From the NCBI GenBank assembly GCA_014859305.1, contig JACUUM010000005.1:1-61474 (forward strand): a stretch of DNA of 61,474 bases, given 5' to 3'. Each line of letters begins with the position of its first letter. Positions within the stretch are counted from its first letter, which is position 1. The notes under the pieces were generated by a model, which was not told where the DNA came from, did no database searches, and saw only the letters and a list, made by a program, of their open reading frames with translations. Positions 51,724 through 60,862 of the stretch are shown here, piece by piece. Both the position numbers and the translations under genes were made by a program. The DNA comes from Coriobacteriia bacterium (GTDB lineage Bacteria; Actinomycetota; Coriobacteriia; Anaerosomatales; Kmv31).

Positions 51724-52404
51724 ATGCAAACGCCGTACCGAGAGAGCTTCCTTCGAGGCATGCGCCTCGGATCCCCCATCTTCCTCGGCTACTTCCCGGT
51801 GGGCGCGGCCTTCGGCGTTCTGGCGACGACCATCGGCTTCACGGCGGGCCAGGCGGTGGCATGCAGCGCCACGGCGCTGGCCGGAGCCGGCCAGTTCGTC
51901 GCGCTCGAACTGCTGCGGGGGGGAGCGGGAGCGGTCGCGGTGGTCGCCGCCACGACCGTCGTGAACCTCCGCTACGTGCTGTTCGGGGCGACGTTGTCGC
52001 CCTACCTCGCGGGCGCGTCGGCGCCCCTGCAGTCCTCCCTCGCCTTCACGCTCACCGACGAGACGTTCGCCGTCAACGTCACCGACGCCCGCCGGGGGCT
52101 CGCCACCAGCGCCTCGATGCTCGGCGTGGGCGTGGTCGCCTGGACCGGATGGGTGAGCGGTACGGCACTGGGCGCGGTGACCGCGGCTTCTCTGGGCGAC
52201 GCCGGCGCCTGGGGGGTCCAGTTCGCGATGCCGGCGATGTTCACGGCGCTGCTGGTCGCGCAGGTCGAGTCCCGGCGTCACCTGTGGGTCGCGGCGCTGG
52301 CCGCCGCCGTCGCGCTCACCGCCTCCGCCGCCTTGCCGGGGGCGTGGTACATCCTGCTGGCCACCGCGCTCGCCGCTACGGCGGGGGCGGTGACGTCCCG
52401 ATGA
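51724..52404 (+). CDS. azlC: AzlC-family branched-chain amino acid exporter subunit
   Basis: FLRGMRLGSPIFLGYFPVGAAFGVLA, GAGQF, NLRYVLFGATL. The protein is polytopic. Confidence 0.8.
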   Translation: MQTPYRESFLRGMRLGSPIFLGYFPVGAAFGVLATTIGFTAGQAVACSATALAGAGQFVALELLRGGAGAVAVVAATTVVNLRYVLFGATLSPYLAGASAPLQSSLAFTLTDETFAVNVTDARRGLATSASMLGVGVVAWTGWVSGTALGAVTAASLGDAGAWGVQFAMPAMFTALLVAQVESRRHLWVAALAAAVALTASAALPGAWYILLATALAATAGAVTSR

Positions 52405-52727
52405 GCGAGCGCGTCGCCTGGGCCGTGATCGTCGGGATGGCCCTGGCGAACTTCGGCGTGCGGTTCCTGCCCATCGCCGTCGTCTCCCGGCTCCGGCTGC
52501 CGGAGCCGGTCCACAGGTGGCTCTCGTTCGTGCCTGTCTCGGTGATGGCCTCGCTGGTCGCGGTCGCGGTGCTTCGTCCCGAGGGCGGATGGGCCCTCTC
52601 GCCCGCGAACCCCTACGTGCTCGCCGCCGTGCCCACCGCGGCGGTCTACGCGCGGACCCGCAGCTTCCTCGGGGCGACGCTGGCAGGTGTCGTGCTGTTC
52701 GTCATCGCGCGCGCCGCGCTCGCGTGA
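52401..52727 (+). CDS. azlD: AzlD-family small membrane subunit
   Basis: 108 aa, hydrophobic, with ANFGVRFLP. The ATG overlaps the azlC stop (ATGA). Confidence 0.75.
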   Translation: MSERVAWAVIVGMALANFGVRFLPIAVVSRLRLPEPVHRWLSFVPVSVMASLVAVAVLRPEGGWALSPANPYVLAAVPTAAVYARTRSFLGATLAGVVLFVIARAALA

Positions 52728-52867
52728 GGATCCGGTGGCCCCCGGGGCGGCCGCGCGGACGGTGGGCGCCGCTGCCCCGGGCTCTCCTAGGGGAGGCTGT
52801 GGCCCCCGCCCCTCGCGTCGGCTAGACTGGACGCTCGTACCGCCAGCCGAACGAGGAGAGACCGCCC

Positions 52868-54193
52868 GTGGCCGACGTCCGCCCCTTCCGCGCCGTCACC
52901 TACGCCCGCACCGGGGACGTCACGCCGCTGACCGCGCCGCCGTACGACGTGATCACGCCGGCACTGCGCGAGGAGCTCCTCTCGCGCGACCCGCGCAACG
53001 TCGTCGCCCTCGAACTCCCCGAAGGACCGCTCGATCCCGAGGCGCCCGGTAACCGCTACGCGAGAGGTGCGGCCCGGTGGCGCGAGTGGCTGGAGGGCGG
53101 AGTGCTGGCCGAGGACGCCTCACCGGCGGTCTACGTTCTCGAGCAACGCTTCGACCGCGACGGGCACGAGGTCCGGCGTCGCGGTCTCGTGGCGGCGGTC
53201 GCGCTGGAACCGTTCGAGGCCGGAGTGATCCTGCCCCACGAGCGCACGCTCCCCAAGGCGCTGTCGGACCGTCTCGAGCTCCTGCGAGCGACGCGCGCGA
53301 ACCTCAGCTCCGTCTTCGGCCTCTACCACGACCCCGCCGGCGTCATGGACGCGGTCATCGACGCGGCGCAGAACGGCGAGACGCTGCTCACCGCCACCGA
53401 CGAGGACGGCGTCACGAGCCGCGCCTGGGCCATGCGCGAGCCCGAGGACCTCCGAGCGCTCGCCGCCGCATTCGCCGGCGAGCGCGTCTTCATCGCCGAC
53501 GGCCACCACCGCTACACCGTGGCGCTGGCCTACCGCGACGAGCGGCGCGCGGAGCAGCCGCAACGGCCGGGGCCTCGACTTCCTGGCCCCGGCCGCGGGC
53601 GAACGGACGAGCCCGACGCTCCACGCTACGACTTCGTGATGATGACGCTGACGAACATGGAGGACCCCGGCCTTGCCGTGCTCCCGACCCATCGGGTGGC
53701 CGACGCCGCGGGACGCTTCGACCCGGCGGCGTTCCGGGCCTCTCTCGAGGAGAGCTTCGAGGTCACCGAGGCACCCGAGGACCGGGCCGCCGACGCGCTC
53801 CTGACCGCGGAACGACCGGCGTTCCTCCTGAAGGCTCGGGGAGACGAGCGGGTCAGGCTCGCGGTGGCGCGCGAAGGGTGGGCGGACTCGATGACCGGCT
53901 CGCGCTCTCACGCCTGGAAGACGCTCGATGTGGCGGTGCTGCAAGAGCTCGTGCTCGACCCGCTCCTCGGGATACACCCGGACCGTCCGGAGACGCTTGA
54001 TCGCCTGGAGTTCGCGAAGGATGCCGACGAGGCGCTGCAGGCCGCGGCCGTGCACGACGTGGCGTTCCTGCTGCGGCCGATCCCCATGGAGCAGATGCGC
54101 CGGGTGGCCCTCGCCGGCGAGACCATGCCGCAGAAGTCGACCTACTTCCACCCGAAGCTCCGTTCGGGCCTGCTCTTCCGGAGGGCGGATTAG
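52868..54193 (+). CDS. DUF1015-domain protein
   Basis: VRPFRAVTY...PPYDVI start, FIADGHHRY and VLPTHR motifs; 441 aa. Confidence 0.85.
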   Translation: MADVRPFRAVTYARTGDVTPLTAPPYDVITPALREELLSRDPRNVVALELPEGPLDPEAPGNRYARGAARWREWLEGGVLAEDASPAVYVLEQRFDRDGHEVRRRGLVAAVALEPFEAGVILPHERTLPKALSDRLELLRATRANLSSVFGLYHDPAGVMDAVIDAAQNGETLLTATDEDGVTSRAWAMREPEDLRALAAAFAGERVFIADGHHRYTVALAYRDERRAEQPQRPGPRLPGPGRGRTDEPDAPRYDFVMMTLTNMEDPGLAVLPTHRVADAAGRFDPAAFRASLEESFEVTEAPEDRAADALLTAERPAFLLKARGDERVRLAVAREGWADSMTGSRSHAWKTLDVAVLQELVLDPLLGIHPDRPETLDRLEFAKDADEALQAAAVHDVAFLLRPIPMEQMRRVALAGETMPQKSTYFHPKLRSGLLFRRAD

Positions 54194-55059
54194 CGCTCGC
54201 GCCGGCGGGCCCCGACGCCCTCGGGGCGAAGCCATACCCGGCGGGGGCACGCGGCGGCGAGGCGGCACGCCTCGCAGGCCGGCCGGTTCGGCCGGCACCA
54301 CTGCCGCCCCACCAGCCATGCCGGCAGGTCCATCAGCCCCGGCTCCGCCGGACTCGCGGTGCGCGCGGCCGCCTCGACGTCCTCCGGCGAGTCGCGCTCC
54401 ACGAGCCCGGAACGCAGGAAGACGCGACGCACGTGGACGTCGTAGGCCACCTGCCCGCACTCGACTCCGGCCAGCGACACACCGAGGCATCGCACCAGCA
54501 TCTCGGCGCCCATGACCGCCTTCTTGCGCCCGATGCCCTGGAAGGCCTGAAGCCGCTCGACGACGTCCAGCACCCGGGAACCGGGCGTCCAGATGCGCGA
54601 GGCGTCGCCGTCGTACTCGTCGAGCACCTTGCGCGCCGCGGCAACGACCCAGCGAGGTAAGGTCTCCTTGAAGCGATGGAGCATCGGCGAGCGCTGGAGC
54701 GCCGCGCGAACGGCCTCCGGCTCGTCGGCCATGCGCGCGAGGTCGAGGTGGCCGAGCCGCCGCATCAGCAGCCACGGACCCGCCCAGGCCCTCTCCGCCG
54801 GGATCCCTTGCGTGAACAGCAGCCCGATGAGGAACGCCTCAGGCCGCGACTTCACGAGAGCGTCGGCCTCCGGGATGTCGGTGAACGCGCCGCCGACCTG
54901 TATGACGCCCGCCGCCGCGAGCTCCTCGCCGAAGCGCCGCAACTCCCCGGCCGCCAGGCTCGCTCCGCCGTCCGACCCCTCGTGGGCGCGACGGTGGACA
55001 CCGGCGGGCCGCGGGTCCCGGCGAGGCGCGGCGCGAGGAGGCTCTTCATCCGACCTCAC
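54190..55059 (-). CDS. HhH-GPD superfamily (endonuclease III-related) protein with an Fe-S cluster loop
   Basis: A helix-hairpin-helix (FQGIGRKKA) and the C-terminal C-x6-C-x2-C-x5-C motif (CRPNRPACEACRLAAAC). Confidence 0.75.
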   Translation of the reverse strand: MRSDEEPPRAAPRRDPRPAGVHRRAHEGSDGGASLAAGELRRFGEELAAAGVIQVGGAFTDIPEADALVKSRPEAFLIGLLFTQGIPAERAWAGPWLLMRRLGHLDLARMADEPEAVRAALQRSPMLHRFKETLPRWVVAAARKVLDEYDGDASRIWTPGSRVLDVVERLQAFQGIGRKKAVMGAEMLVRCLGVSLAGVECGQVAYDVHVRRVFLRSGLVERDSPEDVEAAARTASPAEPGLMDLPAWLVGRQWCRPNRPACEACRLAAACPRRVWLRPEGVGARRRER

Positions 55060-55066
55060 GGGCGGC

Positions 55067-55291
55067 CTAGAGATGGAGGGAGCGTGAACGGATCTTCTCG
55101 ATCAGTGCCTCACGCTCCTCGGCCGTGAAGGCGTCTCCGACCTGGTCGAGAGCACGAAGCCGCGCATCGGTCTTCAGCGAGGTGCCGATGCGATGCACGC
55201 CCCACAGGAAGCACGTGACCGCGGCGCCGCAGAAGACGTCGCGCAGCAGAGCGTAGAGGTCGTCCCAGCCCGAACCGCGGCGCTTCCACAC
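55067..55291 (-). CDS. Small hypothetical protein (74 aa) with one hydrophobic segment
   Basis: The GTG start is preceded by GGAAGGGGGAGG. The sequence reads VWKRRGSGWDDLYALLRDVFCGAAVTCFLWGV.... It lies between the Cys-rich gene and the HhH-GPD gene. Confidence 0.35.
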   Translation of the reverse strand: MWKRRGSGWDDLYALLRDVFCGAAVTCFLWGVHRIGTSLKTDARLRALDQVGDAFTAEEREALIEKIRSRSLHL

Positions 55292-55320
55292 GTGGTCCTC
55301 CCCCTTCCAGCTCCGAGCGC

Positions 55321-55563
55321 CTACCCGGCACGCGGCCCGTACCTCAGGAAGAACGCGCAGAAGACGCACTCCTCGCGGATCGCGGCGCTCCTGTCCACAG
55401 CCGGATCGAACACCAGCTCCGGCTCGATGGTCAGTTCGTGGGCGGCACTGTCGCAGTTGGCGAAGGCGCACTTCGCGGGGCATCTGTCGCGCAGCTCGTT
55501 CGGATGCGGGCACGCCGACTGCATCTCGTCGTCGCAGCCGCGCCGCTCCCAACATCTCGCCAT
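55321..55563 (-). CDS. Small cysteine-rich protein (80 aa, 8 Cys) with an N-terminal CWExxxC motif (two-CW-domain-like)
   Basis: MARCWERRGCDDEMQSACPHPNELRDRCPAKCAFANCD...EECVFCAFF. SD GGAAGGG lies before the ATG at 55563. Confidence 0.5.
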   Translation of the reverse strand: MARCWERRGCDDEMQSACPHPNELRDRCPAKCAFANCDSAAHELTIEPELVFDPAVDRSAAIREECVFCAFFLRYGPRAG

Positions 55564-55598
55564 CGGCCGCCCTTCCGCACGTGAACCGTACGGGGCCG

Positions 55599-55604
55599 AT
55601 TCTA
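55599..55604 (-). promoter_or_regulatory. Candidate -10 box TAGAAT upstream of the Cys-rich small gene
   Basis: The minus strand reads CATAGTAGAATCGGCCCC, 35 nt upstream of the ATG. Confidence 0.35.
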
Positions 55605-55645
55605 CTATGCCCGCCCCCTTTGCGCCGAGCAGCGTCTGTGCCCCG

Positions 55646-56101
55646 TCACACCCCACGCGCCGAGGAGGCCACCAGCATCACCAGCCGGTCGACGGCCCAA
55701 GCCGCCACCGCGTAGACCGCCATCGCGAGCAGCGTGCCGGGCTCGAAGGCCGCCCCGTCGGCGGCGAAACCCCTGAAGACCCCGGCGAACGGGAAGACGA
55801 GCGGAGCCGTGACACCGTAGACGAAGGCCACGAACGGGGCGGCCGGGTTGGCTGCGAAGAGCCTGAGCAGGAACCTGAAGACGAGCAGTACCTCCACGAT
55901 GCCGAGCACGTAGTAGACTCCGCGCCGGACGATCACCGTCCATCCCGGGACGACATCACCGTAGACGGGCTCCACGTAGCCGGGCTCCGGGTTCGCGGGC
56001 CGGACCTCCGCTTCCGGGGGCTCCCGGGTCCTACCCGGCTCCTCGGAGCGCTCGTCCTGCACGCGCGTCCTGCGCCTGCCCTCTCCCGTTCTCACCGTCA
56101 C
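55646..56101 (-). CDS. YggT-family-like membrane protein with a charged N-terminal extension
   Basis: The hydrophobic core YYVLGIVEVLLVFRFLLRLF...FVYGVTAPLVFPF resembles YggT repeats. The start (GTG at 56101 or 56095) is uncertain. Confidence 0.5.
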   Translation of the reverse strand: MTVRTGEGRRRTRVQDERSEEPGRTREPPEAEVRPANPEPGYVEPVYGDVVPGWTVIVRRGVYYVLGIVEVLLVFRFLLRLFAANPAAPFVAFVYGVTAPLVFPFAGVFRGFAADGAAFEPGTLLAMAVYAVAAWAVDRLVMLVASSARGV

Positions 56102-56291
56102 CCTCCTCCTCTCTCGGCGCCTCGCTCCTCCCGCCGCCGGCCGTCCGAGCGTCCGCCGTCGTCAGGAGTCTTTTCCCGCAGGCGCGAGTCACCTCCGACC
56201 CCGCAGTGTGGAAGGAACCGAAGGGATCGGGTCGAATGACTCATACGTCCCCGCCGGCACGGGGCGTCGCCCGCGACGGAGAGGTGGACGA

Positions 56292-57365
56292 ATGCGCGAT
56301 TCCTACGACGCCGTCATCGTCGGCGCCGGACCCGCAGGCGTGATGGCGGCCGTCCAGGCGGCCAAGGCCGGCAGCGTGCTGGTGGTCGATTCCTCCCGTT
56401 TCCCTCGCGACAAGAGCTGCGGGGGGATGCTGCACGAAGACAGCCAGACGTTCCTGGAATCCATCGCGCCGATACCCCGGGAGACGGTGCTGCAGCCCGC
56501 CCACGTCTGCTTCCGCTACGTGGACTGGGACCGGGGCATCCGCAAGAGCACCGATCTGCGCTTCTTGAACGTCGACCGCCGCGCGTTCGACGTGTGGCTG
56601 CTGGGCCTTCTGCCGCAAGGGGTCGACGTCGAGCAGCGCACGACGCTGGAGGGCCTCGAGCAGCACAACGGCCACGTGCGACTGCGCCTCCAGACGCCCG
56701 ATGGCGGTCGCACCGTCACGTGCACGTCGGTCGTGGGCGCCGACGGGGCACGTTCGAGGACGCGGCGCGCGCTGGGGAACGGCTCGGTCGAGACGTACGT
56801 CACCCTCCAGGACTTCGTCCGGTTGGACGGGGAGCTGGAGCCCTACTTCGACTGCATCTACATGCGGGGCATCGGCGACTGCTTCGCGTACTCCTACGTC
56901 GTGCCGAAGGGCGAGACGGCGATCGTCGGCTCGGTCTACTACCCGAAGACCCGGCGCCCCCATGAGAAGCAGGACCAGACGCTCGGCATCCTGCGCGAAG
57001 CGATGCCGCAGCTCGGCGAGACCGTGCGGCGGGAGGCATGCACGGCGCTGTCCGTGAGGACGCCTGCCGACATCTCTCCCGGCTCCGGGCGAGTCCTCTT
57101 GGCCGGCGAGGCCGGCGGCTTCATGTCGCCCACGTCCGGCGAGGGGATCTCGTATGCCCTGCGCACGGGGCTGCTGGCAGGAAGGGCCGTCGCCGAGAGC
57201 GCACCCGGCGAGGCGCTGGCCGACTACGCGCGCGCCACCGCGTCCATCTCCGCCGACATCCGCCGGCGCCTCAGATGGCTGCCGGTGATGGAGTCGACGA
57301 TCGGGAAGTACCTTGCCGGTCTCGTCCCCGCCCCGATCGTCAGCCGGGTGACCCGCGGCCTCTAG
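56292..57365 (+). CDS. FAD-dependent oxidoreductase (geranylgeranyl reductase-like family)
   Basis: YDAVIVGAGPAGVMAA (dinucleotide fold), KSCGG, VGADGARS, GEAGGF.SP.SGEGI. Confidence 0.8.
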   Translation: MRDSYDAVIVGAGPAGVMAAVQAAKAGSVLVVDSSRFPRDKSCGGMLHEDSQTFLESIAPIPRETVLQPAHVCFRYVDWDRGIRKSTDLRFLNVDRRAFDVWLLGLLPQGVDVEQRTTLEGLEQHNGHVRLRLQTPDGGRTVTCTSVVGADGARSRTRRALGNGSVETYVTLQDFVRLDGELEPYFDCIYMRGIGDCFAYSYVVPKGETAIVGSVYYPKTRRPHEKQDQTLGILREAMPQLGETVRREACTALSVRTPADISPGSGRVLLAGEAGGFMSPTSGEGISYALRTGLLAGRAVAESAPGEALADYARATASISADIRRRLRWLPVMESTIGKYLAGLVPAPIVSRVTRGL

Positions 57366-57411
57366 ACCTGCCCGGCCCGCCGCGGACACCGCCCGCCGCT
57401 GCCGGCCGTCG

Positions 57412-57975
57412 TCATCCGCGTGGCTTGAAGGCCTTGCTGGGCATGGGATCGGTCTGGCCCTGGTACTTGCTCCCCAGGCCGGGAGTACCGTAGGGGCGCT
57501 CCACAGGGGTGGTCATCTGCATGAAGGAAACCTGGCCGATGGCGATGCCCGGGGTGAGTACGATGGGCAGGTTCGCCACGTTGGAGAGCTCCAGCGTCAG
57601 ATGCCCCTCCCACCCCGGATCCACGTACCCGGCCGTGGAGTGGATGAGCAGGCCGAGCCGCCCGAGGGATGACTTCCCCTCCAGCCGCGCGACCACGTCC
57701 TCGGGCAGCCCGATCCGCTCCACGGTCGTGCCGAGCGCGAACTCGCCGGGATGCAGGACGAACGGCTCCTCGGCGCTCGCCTCGACCATCTCCATGAGCC
57801 CCGCCTGCTCCCGCATCGGGTCGATGTAGGGGTAGCGCGAGTTGCGGAAGACCTGGAACCTCGCCCCGAGGTGCAGGTCCACGCTGGACGGCTGGATGTC
57901 CTGCGGGTCGCACGGGTCGATCCGGATGCGGCCGGCCCTCAGCTGCTCCTTGATCGTCCGGTCCGAGAGCACCAT
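57412..57975 (-). CDS. dcd: dCTP deaminase
   Basis: MVLSDRTI start, QPSSVDL, HSTAGYVDPGW.G..TLE, Y.G.KYQGQ. Confidence 0.95.
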   Translation of the reverse strand: MVLSDRTIKEQLRAGRIRIDPCDPQDIQPSSVDLHLGARFQVFRNSRYPYIDPMREQAGLMEMVEASAEEPFVLHPGEFALGTTVERIGLPEDVVARLEGKSSLGRLGLLIHSTAGYVDPGWEGHLTLELSNVANLPIVLTPGIAIGQVSFMQMTTPVERPYGTPGLGSKYQGQTDPMPSKAFKPRG

Positions 57976-57993
57976 CGCGTCACCCGCCGCCCT

Positions 57994-60270
57994 CTACGCG
58001 CACTTGCTGAAGCCGCAAGCCCGGCAGACCATGCACCCCGACTCGTGCTCGACCGCCCCGCCGCACTCCGGGCAGGCGCCGGAGAGGTAGTCGAGGCTGT
58101 CCGAGGACTTGCGCACTCCCACGGCCGCCTCACCGGTCTCGCGGAAGTCGATCATGTGCTCGACCACGATGCCGACGGCGTCCGCGCAGGACAGGACCTT
58201 CCCGCCCTCCGCCCACGCGGGACTGGGACAGCGGATACCTCGGAGCTGCTTCACGATCGCCCTCGGGTCGATCCCGGCCCGAAGCGCCATCGAGACCATG
58301 CGGGAGAGCGCCTCGGACTGCGACGCCGCGCAGCCGCCCGACTTGCCCATGGAGGTGAAGACCTCGCACAGGCCCTCGTCATCCCAGTTGATCGTGACGT
58401 AGAGGTTGCCGCAGCCGGTCTGGATCTTCTCGGTCCGCCCGTGTGTGACGTCGGGGCGCGGGCGGGGCTCGATCGGACCGGGGACCCCGGGTCCCGCGGC
58501 CCCATCCCTGGACGCCTTGCCGGTGGAGAGGACCTGCCCGGCCTTGGAGCCGTCGCGGTAGATCGTGACGCCCTTGACCCCGAGCTCGTGTGCGAGGTCG
58601 TACACCTCGCGCACGTCCTCCGGCGTGGCGTCGCCGGGGAAGTTGACCGTCTTGGATACCGCATTGTCGGTGTGCTTCTGGAAGGCGGCCTGCATCCGCA
58701 CGTGCCAGACGGGCTCGATGTCGTGAGCGGCGACGAACACCCGCCGCAGGTCCTCGGGCACGTCGTCGACCCCGACCACGGAGCCGTGCTCGGCGATCGC
58801 CGCCATGAGCTCACGGCCGTAGAAGCCCCTCTTCACTGCGACGTCCTCGAAGTGCGGGTTCACCTCGACCAGCCGCTCGTCGTCCAGGACGTTCCGCACG
58901 TAGCTCACCGCGAAGAGCGGCTCGATGCCCGAGGAGCAGTTGGCGATGATGGACAGCGTGCCGGTAGGGGCGATCGTCGTGACGGTGGCGTTCCGCACGC
59001 GCATCCCACCAGGCATGTCGTGCACCGAGCCGGGCAGGTTCGGGAACGGGCCCCTCTCCTCGGCGAGCTTCACGGAGGCGGCCCGTCCCTCCGCAGCGAT
59101 GAACCCCATCACCTTCTCGCCGAGAGAGACCGCCTCGTCCGAATCGTACGGCACGCCCATCAGTATCAGCATGTCGGCCCAACCCATCACGCCCAGCCCG
59201 ATCTTGCGGTTGGCGCGCGCCAGGTCGCCGATCCTTTCCAGCGGGTAGTTGTTCACCTCGATGACGTCGTCCAGGAAGCGCACGGCCCGACGCACGACGT
59301 CGCCCAGCCGGTCCCAGTCCACGTCGGGCTGACCGTCTCCGTACGTGACGAACCTGCACAGGTTCACGGAGCCGAGGTTGCACGCCTCGTAAGGCAGCAG
59401 CGGCTGCTCCCCACACGGATTCGTCGACTCGATCTCGCCCAGGGCAGGCGTCGGGTTGTCCCTGTTGATGCGGTCGATGAAGATGATGCCCGGGTCCCCG
59501 GTCGCCCAGGCCATCTCGACGATCAGGTCGTAGACCTCTCGAGCCGGCAGGGTGCCGATGACCGCTCCGTCACGCGGGTTGCGAAGCTCGTACGTGGAGT
59601 CGTCGGCGACCGCAGTCATGAACTCCTCCGTGAGCGCCACCGAGATGTTGAAGTTACTGAAGTCGCCGCCGGCCTTGCAGCGGATGAAGGCCAGGATATC
59701 GGGATGGTCCACGCGAAGCACGCCCATGTTCGCGCCGCGCCTGGTGCCGCCCTGCTTGACCGCCTCCGTCGCCTGGTTGAAGACGCGCATGAACGAGACC
59801 GGGCCCGACGAGACGCCCTGGGTGGAGCGGACCTGATCCCCGCTCGGGCGCAACCGGGAGAATGAGAAGCCCGTCCCTCCGCCCGACTTGTGGATCAACG
59901 CGGTGTCGCGCACCGCGTCGAAGATCGACTCCATCGAGTCCTCGACGGGAAGCACGAAACACGCCGAGAGCTGCTGCAGCTCGCGTCCGGCGTTCATGAG
60001 CGTGGGCGAGTTCGGCAGGAACTCCAGCGAGGTCATCAGGTCGTAGAAGTCGCCCGCGACCTCCGCGATCTCCTCTTCCGTCGCTCCGAACGCGGCCTCC
60101 GCCGAAGCGATGTTCTCCGCGACGCGCACGAACATGTCCGAGGGCGCCTCCACCGGGTTCCCCTCGTCATCCTTGCGCAGGTAACGCCTCTGCAGCACCT
60201 TCAGGGAGTTCGGCGACAACGTCTCGTCTATGGCTCTGGAGTATGTCGTCCGGCCAGTGGTGTCGGCCAT
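57994..60270 (-). CDS. nrdJ: Adenosylcobalamin-dependent (class II) ribonucleoside-diphosphate reductase
   Basis: SPNSLKVLQRRYL, NSPTLMNAG, LSACFVLP, NPCGEQPLLPYEACNLGS, and a C-terminal Cys cluster (CPECGG...CMVCRACGFSKC). The ATG at 60270 was chosen. Confidence 0.95.
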   Translation of the reverse strand: MADTTGRTTYSRAIDETLSPNSLKVLQRRYLRKDDEGNPVEAPSDMFVRVAENIASAEAAFGATEEEIAEVAGDFYDLMTSLEFLPNSPTLMNAGRELQQLSACFVLPVEDSMESIFDAVRDTALIHKSGGGTGFSFSRLRPSGDQVRSTQGVSSGPVSFMRVFNQATEAVKQGGTRRGANMGVLRVDHPDILAFIRCKAGGDFSNFNISVALTEEFMTAVADDSTYELRNPRDGAVIGTLPAREVYDLIVEMAWATGDPGIIFIDRINRDNPTPALGEIESTNPCGEQPLLPYEACNLGSVNLCRFVTYGDGQPDVDWDRLGDVVRRAVRFLDDVIEVNNYPLERIGDLARANRKIGLGVMGWADMLILMGVPYDSDEAVSLGEKVMGFIAAEGRAASVKLAEERGPFPNLPGSVHDMPGGMRVRNATVTTIAPTGTLSIIANCSSGIEPLFAVSYVRNVLDDERLVEVNPHFEDVAVKRGFYGRELMAAIAEHGSVVGVDDVPEDLRRVFVAAHDIEPVWHVRMQAAFQKHTDNAVSKTVNFPGDATPEDVREVYDLAHELGVKGVTIYRDGSKAGQVLSTGKASRDGAAGPGVPGPIEPRPRPDVTHGRTEKIQTGCGNLYVTINWDDEGLCEVFTSMGKSGGCAASQSEALSRMVSMALRAGIDPRAIVKQLRGIRCPSPAWAEGGKVLSCADAVGIVVEHMIDFRETGEAAVGVRKSSDSLDYLSGACPECGGAVEHESGCMVCRACGFSKCA

Positions 60271-60345
60271 GAGTCCTCCCCTTCGCATGCTCGGTGCAGG
60301 AACGCCTCGCCGGGCGGCCCGCGCCGGGCCTCGCAGGTACCAGGT

Positions 60346-60396
60346 GCACCAGATATTGCGCCTGCTCAGTGTACCTTACGCCACATGTAGTGCCAA
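60346..60396 (-). promoter_or_regulatory. nrdJ promoter (-35 TTGGCA, 17 nt, -10 TACACT) overlapped by two NrdR-box-like AT-cored palindromes
   Basis: The minus strand reads TTGGCACTACATGTGGCGTAAGGTACACT. The boxes are CACTACATGTG (about 60382-60392) and GCGCAATATCTGGTGC (60346-60361), about 3 helical turns apart. They are imperfect matches to the acaCwAtATaTwGtgt consensus as I remember it. Confidence 0.45.
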
Positions 60397-60539
60397 TGGC
60401 CAGGAGACGAACGGCTGCTCCGGCGAGCCGCGCGGCACCCCTCGGTCCCCCGAAGGGCCGAGAACGCCGACAGGCGCCGAACGCGGCGCCCATCCGAGGC
60501 GTACCCGCACCACCAGCCTGCGGGGTCGTGTCCGCCGTC

Positions 60540-60761
60540 CTACTCGACGGGCTCCACGCGCTGGACCTCCGGGATCCGCTCCTTCAGGACCCGCTCGACC
60601 CCGTTGGCCAGCGTCAACTGCGACATCGGGCAGCCGGCGCACGCCCCCACGAGGCGGACCTTCACGACGCCGTCCTCGACGTCGACCAGCTCGACATCCC
60701 CGCCGTCGGCCTGCAGCGCCGGCCGGATCGTATCCAGTACCTCCCGAACGCGCTCCTTCAT
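60540..60761 (-). CDS. NifU C-terminal domain-like (Nfu-type) Fe-S cluster assembly protein
   Basis: VREVLDTIRPALQADGGDVELVDV..GVVKVRL.GACAGCPMS..TL; 73 aa. SD GGGAGGTG lies before the ATG. Confidence 0.8.
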   Translation of the reverse strand: MKERVREVLDTIRPALQADGGDVELVDVEDGVVKVRLVGACAGCPMSQLTLANGVERVLKERIPEVQRVEPVE

Positions 60762-60862
60762 CCGGGACACCTCCCTTTCACCTCCCGCGAGCGCGGGCTT
60801 CGCCCCCGCCTGACCATTCCCTGGTGCGCCGCCCGAGCACCGGGCGCCGAGACGGCGAGGCG

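Noticed and set aside
60271-60345. A cobalamin riboswitch in the nrdJ leader, or T-box leaders upstream of alaS, aspS and hisS.
   Set aside because: The nrdJ leader is only about 90 nt and I see no B12-box-like sequence. The aminoacyl-tRNA synthetase genes are packed within 0-3 nt of the upstream genes, or (for hisS) have a short ~85-nt leader with no specifier or T-box features.
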